This document shows, piece by piece, positions 39,043 to 52,175 of a stretch of 64,000 bases of DNA. The stretch comes from Podarcis liolepis (lineage: Eukaryota), in assembly GCA_965112155.1 (NCBI GenBank), contig OZ218105.1; one strand, written 5' to 3'. A program made the translations under genes and the position numbers. The number at the start of each line of letters is the position of its first letter. Positions within the stretch are counted from its first letter, which is position 1. The notes below the pieces were generated by a model, which had not been told where the DNA came from, did no database searches, and worked only from the letters and a program-made list of their open reading frames with translations.

Positions 39043-40723
39043 CCAAGGCTCTCTGACAGGGCAATTTTTATCTACTGCCAAGTTGGGAGTGGCAAGTTAA
39101 CAATCTGGCTTTGTCAAGGTACTTAAGTCCTAACTAGGTAGTAGAACAGGCAGGATCAGGGCAGAGTGCAGAGAGTAGGCTGGTGAACACACTGAGAAAT
39201 CAAGGTAGTGAAAAGACGTTTCCCCAAACCATTCATTGAAGGGTCACTGATTAAAGGAGATCTGGGACCGAGAGTATCTTAAGGCCTGGTTGCATGTGCT
39301 AGCCTGCTGTCTGGCCTAGAGGTGGGTGACACTAACAACAAAATATTAATATATAAGGGCAATAAAAAGCCAAGAACACATATTATACTCTTGCTCTTCA
39401 GGTCAAAGGGAGGCAGCAGGAGATGGTTTCTTAAAGTCTCATCTAAGTGGAAGAGAACTCCTCACTGGAGGTGCAGAAAGTAAGACAACTAAGTAGGGAC
39501 AGAAGACACAGATCAGTCGCTAACAATGTTGTGGCTTTAGTTTATCCCATTTATGTGTCTTGCACTTTTATTCTGGGATCCACAGTTCCAAGAGAGGAGC
39601 CACTGCAAAAAGTATAAGACTCAAACTAATTTCAGGAAGAAATGAAGCCATTGCTTAGAAAAGAGAATTATTATACTGTTTTACCGCATTGAAGGTTTTT
39701 GGTTTCTTTCAGTTTCTGTAATCTATAGTCAAGATTTTATATGACAAACTTCCATGTATTCATCTATTTTGTTCACTTCCATTTTGTTCATTTGTAATGT
39801 GCGGATACTGCATATAGGATGTGGATGTTATTGTCTGATGTCAGAAGCTATTAAGACCATTATGGACAGGTGAAACGGCAGTGGTTCTGCTTTTGCTATA
39901 CTTGTACTATCATCACCATCAACAACATTATCAGTATTATTGTTATCTTAATGAACTGATTCATATGATTTCACTGAGGGCTCATTTTTTTGCATTTTTA
40001 GACTTTTAAATTGCAAGCTGCTTTTAGGGTATAACCATAAATCATAAATAAAATAACCAGGCAGAGGCTTTTCAAAACAGCAAATAGTTTTGCACTATTG
40101 TGTTCTCTCTGGACATGGGATGTATATACCTTTGTGTTGGTAGCTCTACTTTACTTTTACATTTTTCTTAATTTAAATTATTCTTTCCTGTCCTTTCTAA
40201 GTTGGTTTTGCCAATGGCTATCCAAATTAAGATATACTAGAATTCATATAGGGGCTGAAGTGTGAGCTGTGAGATTCCTAGTTCTTCAGTTACAAATTTT
40301 CTAGGCAGCTTTAGAACTCTGACTTGCAGCCTCTGACAAAACTTGGGACCACACTTGACAGGCTTGCTCTAGCAGTTGAAAGGCAGATAAAAATGTTTAA
40401 AACTAAATACATTTCAGACTACAGACTAGGATAATGTATGTGAACATGTTCTAAATACTTGAAGTACTCTCTGGAAATTACTGATACTATGGGAGAAATA
40501 TATCAGATGTTTTCTCTTTCATAACATCCAATTAGCGATTTCATTCTAAGGCCCCACATGTTCATAATTTCAAGATAACCAAAGCCCCTTTCATTTTATT
40601 TTGCCCCAAAGAACCACAGGAAAACACCTTGGCCTGATTTCTCCTGGAAAATGTCTCCTCCACTCAACACATTTTCATAAACACACAAAAACAGAAAACA
40701 CATAGATATTTTCCAATAAAATG

Positions 40724-40800
<77 letters not shown>
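40724..40800. repeat. Compound (CA)n(TA)n microsatellite
   Basis: Directly visible. Confidence 0.97.
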
Positions 40801-40802
<2 letters not shown>

Positions 40803-40918
40803 CATTAAAAGAACCAATTCCAACAGTTTATTAACCAATCAGACTTGAAAGAATATTCAATCAAGTTGAACCAATTAGTTGGTTAAAGGTAGGTTGAAAA
40901 ACAATAAATTAAAATATA

Positions 40919-41207
40919 CAGTGGTGCCCCGCAAGACGAATGCCTTGCAAGACGAAAAACTTGCTAGACGAAAGGGTTTTGCATTTTTTGAGTCGTTCCA
41001 CAAGACGAATTTCCCTATGGGCTTGCTTCGCAAGACGAAACGTCTTGCGAGTTCTTGCGAGTTTGTTTCCTTTTTCTTAAAGCCGCTAAGCCGTTAATAG
41101 CCGCTAATAGCCACTAAGCCACTAATAGCCGTGCTTCGCAAGACGAAAAAACCGCAAGACGAAGAGACTCGCGGAACAGATTAATTTTGTCTTGCGAGGC
41201 ACCACTG
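40919..41207. mobile_element. MITE family 1, second copy in opposite orientation
   Basis: Same TIRs and TA flanks as 8920-9253, with an internal GCC(G/A)CTAA(TA) tandem array. Confidence 0.9.
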
Positions 41208-41318
41208 TATTAGTTGTATAAAAAAAGATTACGGAATCAGCAACAAAGATTCTTAAAAATTTCCATGCTCGAAGCAGCAAGAATGTATAAAGTAGGTACT
41301 GCTCAGATTAAAACTCAC

Positions 41319-43721
41319 CATATCAGCATTATCCATCTCAGAATTTAGGATATTGCCTCCATTGGCAGTCAAAGTCACATTAGACTTATCTGCGGTTTGA
41401 AGATTGGGTGTTGGAAAGGTGAACTCCTGTACCCTGGACTCAGAAGATAAGCACAGCTGATAGGAATACGGCAATGTTCCTTCTTCATAGTTTGGTGGGA
41501 AAATGACTGTGTTGTTTGAATGGGGAACAGGAGCAAAACACTGCAGAAATTTGGGCTTCCCTGATCGCCGAATCTTCATGAGAATGGCCAGAATCACTGT
41601 CAGGAGGAATAAGAAGGAGATCAAAGCTAAGGCCAGCACCAAGAAGAACTGCAGATCTGATTGATACTCTGAGTCACTGGGCTGGTGGCTAATTTCCGGA
41701 AGTGCCTCCTGGAAGTTCTCAGCAAACACCAGGTTGAGACTCACAGTAGCGGATAGTGGCGGCTGCCCATTATCCTTGACTAAGATGATGAGCTTCTGCT
41801 TCACAGCATCTCTTTCCAGAAAAGCCCGTGAGGTCCTGATCTCCCCAGTATGGGAACCAATTGAGAACAGCCCAGGTTCTGTTGCCTGGAGCAGATAGTA
41901 GGAGAGCCAAGCGTTGTGTCCAGAGTCAGCATCCACAGCCACCACCTTGGTCACCAGATAACCCTCCTCTGCTGAGCGAGGCACCATCTCAAACAAGGAG
42001 GAGCCCTCTACTCCTTGAGAAGGGTAAAGAATCTGAGGGCTTTGGTCATTCTGGTCCAGAATACACACTCTCACGGTGGCATTGCTGCTGAGGCGGGGGG
42101 AGCCTCCATCTTCGGCCCTCACCTCCACTTGAAACTCCCTGACTTGCTCATAGTCAAAGGAGCGCTGAGCATAGATAGTGCCAGTCTCAGAATTAATGGA
42201 GAGGAAGGATGAGAGAGGCAGCCCCTTAGTGATGCTGTTGCGAATGGAGTAGGTGATTTGAGCATTCTGGTCCACATCTGGGTCAGAGGCTTTGACCCTG
42301 AAAATGGAGGAGCCTGAAGGATTGTTCTCTGGGACATAGGCAGTATAATAGGGTTTCTCAAAGGCAGGGCAGTTGTCATTGATGTCAGAGATCTGCAGTG
42401 TGATGGTTTTGTATGTGGAAAGAGGGGGGTTGCCTTTGTCTGTGGCTGTGACTGTGATATTGTACTCTGGAGTTCTTTCTCTGTCCAAGGGGGCATCTGT
42501 GAGAAGCTTATAATAATTATTGGAGGCTGATACCATTTTGAATGGCAAATTGTATTGTAAATCGCAAGCAATCTTCCCATTATCTCCAGAGTCTCTATCA
42601 TTTACATTGATAAGGGCTACCAGGGTTCCTACTGCAGAGTCTTCAGGGATGGGGCTGGATAAAGAGGCCAGAATCACTTCTGGGGCATTGTCATTCTCAT
42701 CTAGGAGTGTTATTTGAACTTTACAGTGAGCCACTAATCCACCTCCATCTCTTGCTTCCACTGCCTTTACATATCCTTCTGTTTCCTCAAAGTCCAGAAC
42801 CTCCTTAACTATAATTGTTCCATCTTGTGAACCCAAGTGGAACTTCTGACGAGCACTTTCTGGGATGTTACTAAAACTATAGTTGATCTGGGCATTTGAA
42901 CCATCATCTCTATCTGTGGCTTTCACCTGGACCACTGAAGACCCTTTGGGGGCATTTTCTTTCAGCTTGACCGTGTATACTTTTTGAGTGAAGACTGGTG
43001 GGTTGTCATTTGCATCAATGACGGTGATCCATATTTTGGCTGTTCCAGTTTTGGCAGGCTTCCCTCCATCCAGCGCCGTAAGGATTAATTGGAAACTGCT
43101 CTCACTTTCCCGATCCAACTGTTTATTCAATACTAATTCTGCATATTTATTTCCGCCTTCTATTTCTCTCACTTCCAGAATAAAGTATGGATTTGTGCTA
43201 AGGTTGTAATCCTGGAGAGAATTCACCCCAAGATCAGGATCTTCTGCTTGTCCAAGGAGAAACGTGGTGCCTTGTAAAGAGGATTCAATTATCTCCAGCT
43301 TGATATCCCCATTTACAAAACGTGGTGCATGATCATTAATGTCTTGAATCTCTACAGTTACATGAAAAATATTCATAGGACTCTCAACCACCACTTCAAA
43401 ATTGATGGAGCAGAATGCAGTTTGACCACATAATTCCTCTCTATCAATCCTCTCCCTTACATACAAATTCCCATTTTCTGCACTGAGAGTAAAGTATTGC
43501 TTTTTACCTAGGGAAAGGATATGCAGATTGTAATTTCCTATTTCTCCATTATTCAGGCTCAGGTCTTTGGCCAGGTTTCCTACAATGGATCCCTTTTCCA
43601 TTTCCTCAGGGATGGAATAATGAATGTGCTCTGAGGCAATCTGACCACACAGAGAGAATAATAAGAGGAGAGGTACTTGCCTTCTTAGGGATCTGCTGCT
43701 ATCTTTCTGTCTGCCGGCCAT
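41319..43721 (-). CDS. PCDHGB: Protocadherin gamma B-like variable exon 8 (801 codons)
   Basis: ORF 41253-43721. Donor ATG|GTGAGT at 41319. It is 18 bp shorter in the cytoplasmic tail than its twin, exon 10. Confidence 0.95.
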
Positions 43722-43977
43722 CCCTCTTGCAGAGAAATGTGCTTTATCCTTTCTTTCTGTGATTAGTTAAATTGAGGAGTATTAAATCCCATTCACTCTG
43801 TAGAAGTGTTCAATAAAGAATCATGAACGAAGTCAGTAGCTGCTGCTGGATTTCTATACCTTGCAGTGGTTTTGTTCCTGTGTTCTGCTGTTTCCCGGCT
43901 CTGTAGTTTGTTCATGAGCAATCAAATTGCAAAAGCATCTGGTAGTGGATTCTCCACTCCTCCATGAGAACTATATT

Positions 43978-44017
43978 GGCCAACAGTGACACTCTGAGTC
44001 TTAGATGGAGAACTGCA
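43978..44017 (-). promoter_or_regulatory. CSE / CTCF site of exon 8 (CACT variant)
   Basis: Plus strand ggccaacagtgacactctgagtcttagatggagaactgca, 257 bp upstream of the ATG. Confidence 0.85.
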
Positions 44018-46019
44018 AGATGTGTCTTTTCTTTTAAGTAAATAACATGTAAAGGATTTCTTGCCATTTTTAATCTTACATACAATGATTCTCAGGTAGA
44101 GAATCTTTTGTGGTATGGTAAAAAAATAATAATTAGAGTTTGGTGTCTGTGTTTTGAAATTAGGAGAAGCAACAACTCAACTTAATTAGACAAAACTCAC
44201 CTACAGAAAACAAGCAAATTATATATTTTAGAAATTATCCCTTTCCCAAGTAATTTATGTCATTTTCCCTACCTTATTACCCCTGAGTACTTAGGAATGA
44301 TAGCTTCAAAATACCAGAGAAAATTGATTATTTTGTAATAAATATACAAGGGTGCTGAAAATTATTCCAGTCATTTAATTTGCCCCTACGGTGCTTTCAC
44401 ACTTTCATAGCAGCACATTTGGCATAGCTCATGGGGGTGCGCTTCAGAAAACTGAACTGACTGATTAGTGTCCTTGTCTGATAGTACAGTTGTGCAATCA
44501 TATTTTTCTGACAGTTAGAAACTATTCATCCATATAGGTACGTGTCAACGTATTTAACCCCAGGAAGTGGTTCTCAGACCTAATGAATTCTGAGTTTAAA
44601 AGTTATTTTCCCAAAATGTGCAATAAGGCCTTTGGAATCTTTGTGTCACACAAAATTTCCCCTCTAAGGTACCACAGTTCTACTTTCTATTGCACCAACT
44701 GTCTTGCTGGCAATCGTCTCCTCAACTACTTGCCAGTTGAGGCACTTAATCAGTCATGTAAGTAGCTGTGTTAGTTGACAGTGATGTGAGTGATTCGGGA
44801 TACCTGGAGAAATTCCTAATGTTTGGCAAGTTCTTTTTCTTCTCTTAAGGCATTACTTGACTTATGCAACTCAGTCATATAATGAGAACAGCACTAAAAG
44901 TACAATGCTTACTCAAGATCATGCTACAGTTTTTCTTGGGAACTTGAATCCTCTCTCTCCCCACCCCTCAGGCTTTCCATAGGCTTCCCTCCCTTCCCAG
45001 ATCACACCCCTCAACCTCTCACTGGCCTTCTTCCATGCCCTCCTCAAGAACTTTTGCTGGCTGCAATGTGTCCTTGAACTAGGATATTGCTGCTTGCCTG
45101 GCTGGAGGACTCACAGATCTATAGAAGTGGAGATATTGAAACCTCTGAATTTTACATGGTTGAAATGTGGTCTATTGTACAAAGGTAAGAGTCACAACAA
45201 TAAAATATCACGGTTAGAATGCTAAACAGTGGAATGCTAGATTACGTTGTGGAATACTAAAGCAGCACTTGACAAGGCATCATCTAGCACTGTTATGGCT
45301 GCCTACATGTCCTGTAAAATCACTTACTATACTTTTCCCATGATGTAGAGAGAAGGAGAATGTAGTCTAGAATATTTGGCTCCAATGTGAACACATTATT
45401 ATGAGTAGAAGAGGAAAGCATGCAATATATGTTTTAATCCCTTGCATTGTAAATTGGTACACTCAGAGGAGGACTAGAAGATCCGTGTTTATTTTCTGAA
45501 CTTCCAGATCAGTATTGTATTCTTTTGATGAAATTCTGAACAATATGGTGACATAGTTCAAGTGTGTGTGTCTTCCTCAGAAGTAGAACCTTTACAGTGC
45601 ATGCGTATATTGCTTCGTTCAGTGAATGGGACCTTCATTTAAAAGCTTTCTCAGGTTAGAGAGCTGAGCAAAATGATAGCAGCTGCTTCTACACTGGAAC
45701 AAAGATTAAACACAAAAGTGACTATTTTGGAGCAGCTCTTAGTCTTCACCAAAATCACAGGTGTTTGGGACAAATATGTGCATGCTTGTGTGTGCAGGTG
45801 CACACACAAGTCCCATCCTCAACATTTCTGTGTGTGCACATTCATTTCAGACCTCCTGCATTTGGCACACCTCCTTGGCTGAATTCAGCCCCAAACTCTT
45901 AGCCTCAGCAACTTGACATCTACACAAAACATAGCTATGACATAAAATACAGGCAAATCCACAGTCTCTTCACTTTCTAACAGAACCTCTGTAGATAGAA
46001 TAAATTAGAAGCACATGAT

Positions 46020-47060
46020 TAACATAAAAATATAAGAAGAGCATGTTGGATCAGGCCAGTGTCCTATTTCATAATATTATTTTCCTTGCGGTCAACAGGT
46101 TGCCTGCAGGAAGCCCAAAAGTGGGACCTGTGTGCAACAGCACTCTCCTCACTTCTGATTCCCCACAACTGGTATTCAGAGACATACTCTCTCTAACTAT
46201 GGAGATAGAACCTAAACACCATTGCTAGCAGGCCATGAAATAATGTTGAACATGAATGTGTCCATTTCTCTTTTAAAACCACCCAGGTTAGTGGGCATCA
46301 CTACCTCTCATGGGAACAAACTCCGCAGTTTAACTCAGTGCTATATGAAGAAGTATTTTCTGCTGTCTGTCCTGAATCTTCCAACATTCAGCTTCACTGG
46401 ATGTGTCTTAGTTTTAGTGTTATGTGGGGAAGGGGCACTTATCCATCCACACTTTCCATACAACGCATGATTATATACACCTATACCATGTCTTCACTTA
46501 ATTGCCTTTTCTGTAAGCTGTATCAAAGTAAATTAAAAGGGTGAATGGCTCCATCCCCTTGCCAATTTTGGTTCATATTTTCCAGCTCCACCTTACCTGT
46601 TTTTAGGTAAGTTGACCAGAACTATACACAGTATTCCAAAATTTATTTTCTTTTTTTTCACAGCTGCCTCATGCTATGTCATCAAACTGTTCGCTATGAC
46701 CCCAAGATCTCATTCCTGTTTAGTCCCCATAAGCATATAAGTGAAACAACAGTTATTTTGGCCCACTTTAAACTTGTTCACATTAAATTGCATTTGCCAT
46801 TTTACTGCCCATTCACTTGGTGTGGTTTGGAGAGCTCCTTTGCAAGCTCTTTGCAACCCCTTCTTGTTTTAACCACTCTGAACTATTTGGGATTAGCAAA
46901 CTTGGCTACATCATGGTTCACTCCTAATTTTAGATCATTTATGAACAAGTTTAAAAGCTCAATACTGATTCTTGGAGGATCATACTTTCTACATCTCTCC
47001 ATAAGGAGAATCGTCACTTTATTCCTACTCTCCACTTACCAATCTCCTCTTATTCCATAA
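46020..47060 (-). mobile_element. Degraded CR1 LINE 3' portion
   Basis: CR1 3' end plus gaagaagtattttctgctgtctgtcctgaatcttccaacattcagcttca, homologous to 10670-10720. Confidence 0.75.
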
Positions 47061-47147
47061 CTGCTAAAATAGAATATAAAATTCTGCAGAAATGCGGGGA
47101 AGAGTATCAAAGGTGCAATACAAATAATTCCTGACCATAAAGCTTAC

Positions 47148-49568
47148 CTCTTCATCCTTAGCCTTTTCAGAATGAAAATTGTTTCCACTGTTGCCTGTAA
47201 AAGGCACATCAGGTTTCTCACCGCTAACAATATTGTCTACCATCTGAACACTGGGTGTCAGGAAGGCAAACTCATTCTTCCTGGTCTCAGAAGACAGACA
47301 CAGCTGGTAGGAATAGGGCAAAGTCCCATCTTCAAAGTTGGGTGGGAAGATGGCACCATTCTTGGAATGGGGAACAGGACCAAAGCACTGTAGGAACCTG
47401 GGATGCCCTGACTGACGGAGCTTCATTGTAACGGCCAGAATGACAGTCAAGAGGAACAAGAAGGAGATCACAGCTAAGGCCAGCACCAAGTAGAACTGCA
47501 GGTCAGACTGATACTCCGAGCTGCTGGGTTGGCTCTTCATTTCCGGAAGGGCCTCCTGAAAGTTCTCAGCAAACACCAGGTTCAGAGTCATGGTGGCCGA
47601 GAGAGACGGCTGCCCGTTATCCTTCACCATAATGACCAGTCTCTGTTTCGCAGCGTGTCTCTCCACAAAGGCCCTGGCGGTCCTGATCTCTCCAGTATGA
47701 GAACCAACCGTGAAGAGTGCCGGCTCAGTGGCCTGAGTCAGGTGGTAGGAGAGCCAGGCGTTGTGTCCAGAATCTGCATCCACGGCCACCACCTTGGTGA
47801 CAAGATAATCTGCCTCGGCCGAACGAGGCACCATCTCAAACAAGGCTGAGCCCTTGGCCTCTTGTGAGGGGGACAGGATACGAGGGCTGTTGTCATTCCT
47901 GTCAAGAACAAACACCCTGACGGTCACATTGCTGCTGAGAGGGGGAGAACCCCCATCTTGGGCCTTCACTTGCAGCCGGAACTCTCTGAATTGTTCATAG
48001 TCAAAGGATCTCTGGGCATAGATGGTGCCAGTCTCTGAATTAATGGAGATATAGGAGGAGATGGGAAGCTCCTCAATGTTGCTGTTGAGGATGGAGTAAG
48101 TGATCCGTGAGTTCTGGTCCATATCGGGATCAGAAGCTTTGATGGTGAAAATGGAGGCACCTGAAGGATTGTTTTCTGGCACATAGATAACATATGAAGA
48201 TTTCTGAAAGGAAGGGGCATTATCATTGATATCTGAAATCTGTAGTGAGATTGTTTTGTGTGTGGAAAGAGGTGGAGTTCCTCTATCAGTGGCTGTGATT
48301 GTAAGATTATATGCAGGAGCTATTTCTCTGTCCAGGAGACTGTCTGTCTGGAGCTTGAAGTAATTGTTAGATGAGGGAAGAATTTTGAAGGGTAAATCAT
48401 CCTGTAAATAGGAAGTAACCTTCCCATTATCACCACTATCTCTGTCATTTACATTGATCAGAGCAATAACAGTTCCTGGCAGCGAATCTTCAGGAACAGG
48501 ACTGAACATGGAGGCTAACGTCACTTCTGGGGCATTATCATTCCCATCAAGAACATTTATTTCAATGTTGCAGTGTGTCACCAATCCACCTCCATCCTTT
48601 GCTGCTGCTGTCATAGTATATCTTCTTGTTTCCTCAAAATCCAACATCTGCAGAAGGGAGATTATGCCATCAACTGGATCCAGGCCAAATTTCTTTTGTC
48701 CATTCACTGGAATGTTGCTGAATTCATATCTGATCTGGGCATTTAAACCATCATCTTTGTCAGAGGCTACAACTTGGAGCACAAAGGACCCAACAGGAGC
48801 TTCTTCATGCACACTGACCTTGTACACTTCTTGAGTGAAAACTGGTGGGTTGTCATTGGCATCTGTGACATTAATCCATATCTGGGCAGTCCCCGTTTTT
48901 CTGGGTTCCCCCCCATCCAAGGCTGTAAGGATCAAGTGAAGAGAGTGCTCACTTTCCCGATCCAAAGATTTCTGCAACACCAGTTCTGCATTTTTACTTC
49001 CATCTTCCATTTCTCTAACTTCCAAACTGAAGTACTGATTGGTGCTCAACTGGTAATTCTGGAGGGAATTCATCCCAATGTCAGGATCTTCAGCTTTCCC
49101 AAGGAGAAATCGTGCGCCTGGTACAGTAAGTTCACTTGTTTCCAAGTTGATGTTATCATTGGGAAACAGTGGTGCATTATCATTAATGTCCTGAATTGCT
49201 ATAGTTAAATGGAAGATATTGAGGGGATTTTCAACTACCACTTCAAAATTTACTACGCAAATGGGAGTTATGTCACATAGCTGCTCCCTATCTATTCTGT
49301 CACTTACATAGAGGTTTCCATTCTCTGCATTAATACTGAAATACTGCATTTTGTTCAAAGAGACAGCATGCAGATTGCGCTTTGCAAGATCTCTTGTATT
49401 CAGTCCCAAATCCTTGGCCAGATTCCCCACAATCGAACCCTTTGCCATCTCCTCAGGGATAGAATAACGAATCTGCTCTGAGGCAGCCCAGCAGGAAGGC
49501 GACAAAAGTAAGAGAAGCAGTACTTGCCTTCTGAGCGCTCTGCCATTGTCTTCGTGTCTTCTGTCCAT
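47148..49568 (-). CDS. PCDHGB: Protocadherin gamma B-like variable exon 9 (807 codons)
   Basis: ORF 47064-49568. Donor GAG|GTAAGC at 47148. Confidence 0.95.
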
Positions 49569-49827
49569 CTGGCTTTACAACAATTAGCTGCTTCCTTTTG
49601 CAGATCAGATCAAAGCCCCATCAAGGTGCAGGATTACCATAAGGAAAAATAAGCTGCCTTTCTTCTTAATGTTTATAGAAAGTAGTTGAATTTTCTTTTC
49701 CTTTCTAGCAGGATTGCTCTGTCTTTGTGATGTGCTGCTTGTCCAACTTGCACAGCAATGATTAAACAGTTGCTCCTTAGGAAACACATGCGTGGATCTT
49801 TTCTCTTATCAGTCTGGCTGCCACACT

Positions 49828-49867
49828 GGCCAACAGTGACACCCTGAGGCTCAGATGGAGAACTACA
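49828..49867 (-). promoter_or_regulatory. CSE / CTCF site of exon 9 (CACT variant)
   Basis: Plus strand ggccaacagtgacaccctgaggctcagatggagaactaca, 260 bp upstream of the ATG. Confidence 0.85.
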
Positions 49868-50689
49868 AGGGATTTTTCTCATTTAGTTGAAAATAGAACA
49901 GCAGTTTGGGTATTATATTTTGGAATGTGAAGGAGAAACATCCCAATGCTAAGAGGTGCTCAGCAATGGAGCTGCTTTGCTGCAGTTATTCAAGCAGAGC
50001 CTGGACAGTCATATATTGGGGATTCTCTCTTTCCTGCAGGGCTTGGCATTGGGGTGGGAATCTCCTCTGATAGGATTCTGTGTTTCTCCAAGTGCAACTT
50101 TCCTTGTATACAAGGATCTGCTTCCACAATTTATGCGCCAGCATTTCTTTTCTCCTTTCTATTTTTGAATTACCTCTTCAGCGGCTTTTACTTTAAGGGG
50201 TTTTACTACAGTGACTGTTGCACTGTTTTGTCTGGATATAATTTGTACTAAAAGAGAAACTTGACTAAGCTTCATAGAATGAATGGAAACTAGAACTACG
50301 GCACTGATATCCCAGCACTGATATACCATTGATCTTATTTTGCATTTCCCTGACAGAAACATGGGCAATTGTTACTGATATCTGTGATTTCTGCTTTGAT
50401 GCCAAAGATATAATCTCAAAATGTAACAGATAATTTTACCCAATCACAGATCTCTTGCTTTTTTCAGTTTTATTAGAAGGGATTTCCCCCCCAAATAAAT
50501 CAGAATAAACCTATGAGTTGACAATGATCTCAGCTGTCCTGTAGAACACAAACATAAACCAAAGTGTGTCAAACGAAAACAAAACAAACACAGGGTTTTT
50601 TAGTGTTTGATTAGAAACCAGATCTTTTGCTCTCCTATTCTTGTTAGTTTCTTCCTTCCTCCTAAAAAACAACAACATTGGCTTTGAGA

Positions 50690-51360
50690 AAGAAAAGGTG
50701 TTAGCAGGTGACAATATTGATATAGTAGCACCCCCTATGAACCTACTCATTCAGGAGGACCCCACCCAACGCACACAACTGACCAATTATCCAGCCTCAG
50801 GGAGACCCACTCAAAGCTCCTCTGTCTTGCCAGGATTCAGAGTTTTGTTGGCCATCATTCAGCTGAACACTAAGCCTAGGCACTAGTCCAGGGATTGCAC
50901 AACCGCTTCTGATTTAGAAGTTACAGAGAAGTAGAGCTCAGCATCATCAGCATGCTGATGACACCTTGGCCAAAATTGCTCAATGACTATCTCCAGAGGC
51001 TTCATATATAGATGTCAAACAGCACTGAAGACAAAATGGTACCCTGTGGCACCCACCAGCACAACTGCCAGCGGGCTCAAAGACAATCACCCAAGGTTGT
51101 TTTCAGAAACCAACTCTGGAAATAGAACCAGAACCATTGTTAAACAGTGTCTCCAGTACCCATCCCATTAAGTCAGTTCAGAAAGATATAAAGGTAATTG
51201 TGTCAAAAGCCACTGAGAAAGAAATCAGGTAAGGTTAACAGGATTATACTTCCCCTGTACTTCTCCTAGTAAAGATCACCCATCAGTGACAAAGGTCAAT
51301 TCAGACCCATAACCGAGGCCTGAAAGCAAATTGAAATGGGTCAAGATAATTTGTTTTGTT
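50690..51360 (-). mobile_element. Degraded L2 LINE reverse-transcriptase fragment
   Basis: Minus-strand translation gives VPQGTILSSVLFDIYMKPLE...CHQHADDAELYFS and SVAFDTI, which are L2-type RT motifs. Confidence 0.75.
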
Positions 51361-51505
51361 CCAGAGTACTTGTATCGTCACTTCTGACATTGTGGTCTGA
51401 CATTGTGGCTCCTTGTGATATTCAAGTCAACTAGCAGTTACAACGTTATCCTAAAGCAAATCTTTGAAAGACAGGTAATGTATCCCTCAGTCAGCATTCC
51501 TTCTC

Positions 51506-51601
51506 ATGTCAGGAGTGCTCTGATGGTGTTTCCTGCTTGGCAGGGGGTTGGACTCGATGGCCCTTGTGGTCTCTTCCAACTCTATTCTATGATTCTATGA
51601 T
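51506..51601 (+). mobile_element. Young, 5'-truncated CR1 3' tip
   Basis: ggcagggggttggactcgatggccc...ttccaactctattctatgattctatgat with the ATTCTATG octamer tail. Absent at the paralogous site ~63712. Confidence 0.85.
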
Positions 51602-52175
51602 TCCCCTTTCCCTACTCCATCCCAACACCAGAGCACATTAGTTTTCCCCCACCTATATTTTATGAATAAGAACAAATCAGTGTGCCTTCCTGACATATCA
51701 TTTCCAGGATTTAATGATCCCCTGTGGCATTATTTCATGGGCAATATTAGATTCACTTACTGTGTGCTACAAAGGTTTCCCCTTCTCAAACACTAGTTAC
51801 CATGGGTGGTATCCAGTGTTCTAGACCCAAGTAGAGCTAAATAGTATCTACATTATACAATTCCACATATTATACAAAATCTATATGCTACACCATGTTA
51901 AAGAGAGAATTATGTAGATACTATGGGAAGCAAATTTGCTATAAAGGACATATCAAGAATTGCACCTATTGCACAACTATTTTGGAAGAAATAATACTGA
52001 ACTAATCCCTGGATTTGTATTTGAGTAAATAGTGGGGATAATAATTGATTCATCAAAGATAGATCTATCAGTCCCAACTTTCTTTGGTTTTTGTCTTTAT
52101 CTGTTTGTCTTTATCTGTGATTGAGTTCCCTGAACTTCAAAAAGCATGTCACATTTATACCAGCTGTAGAAATTA

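Larger units (their letters stand above)
41395..51890. repeat. Segmental tandem duplication B, copy 1 (matches ~53711-64000; period ~12.3 kb)
   Basis: Exons 8 and 9, both promoters and the spacers are near-identical to exons 10 and 11 and theirs. Positions 51881-51890 match 63991-64000. Confidence 0.93.

Noticed and set aside
38908-39126. Poly-Leu ORF, and the IY/VC-repeat ORF at 40596-40838
   Set aside because: Translations of microsatellites.
39043-39340. Possible additional solo LTRs here and at ~31965-32336
   Set aside because: One ...ACA end is visible in each, but I found no matching TG start with a TSD.
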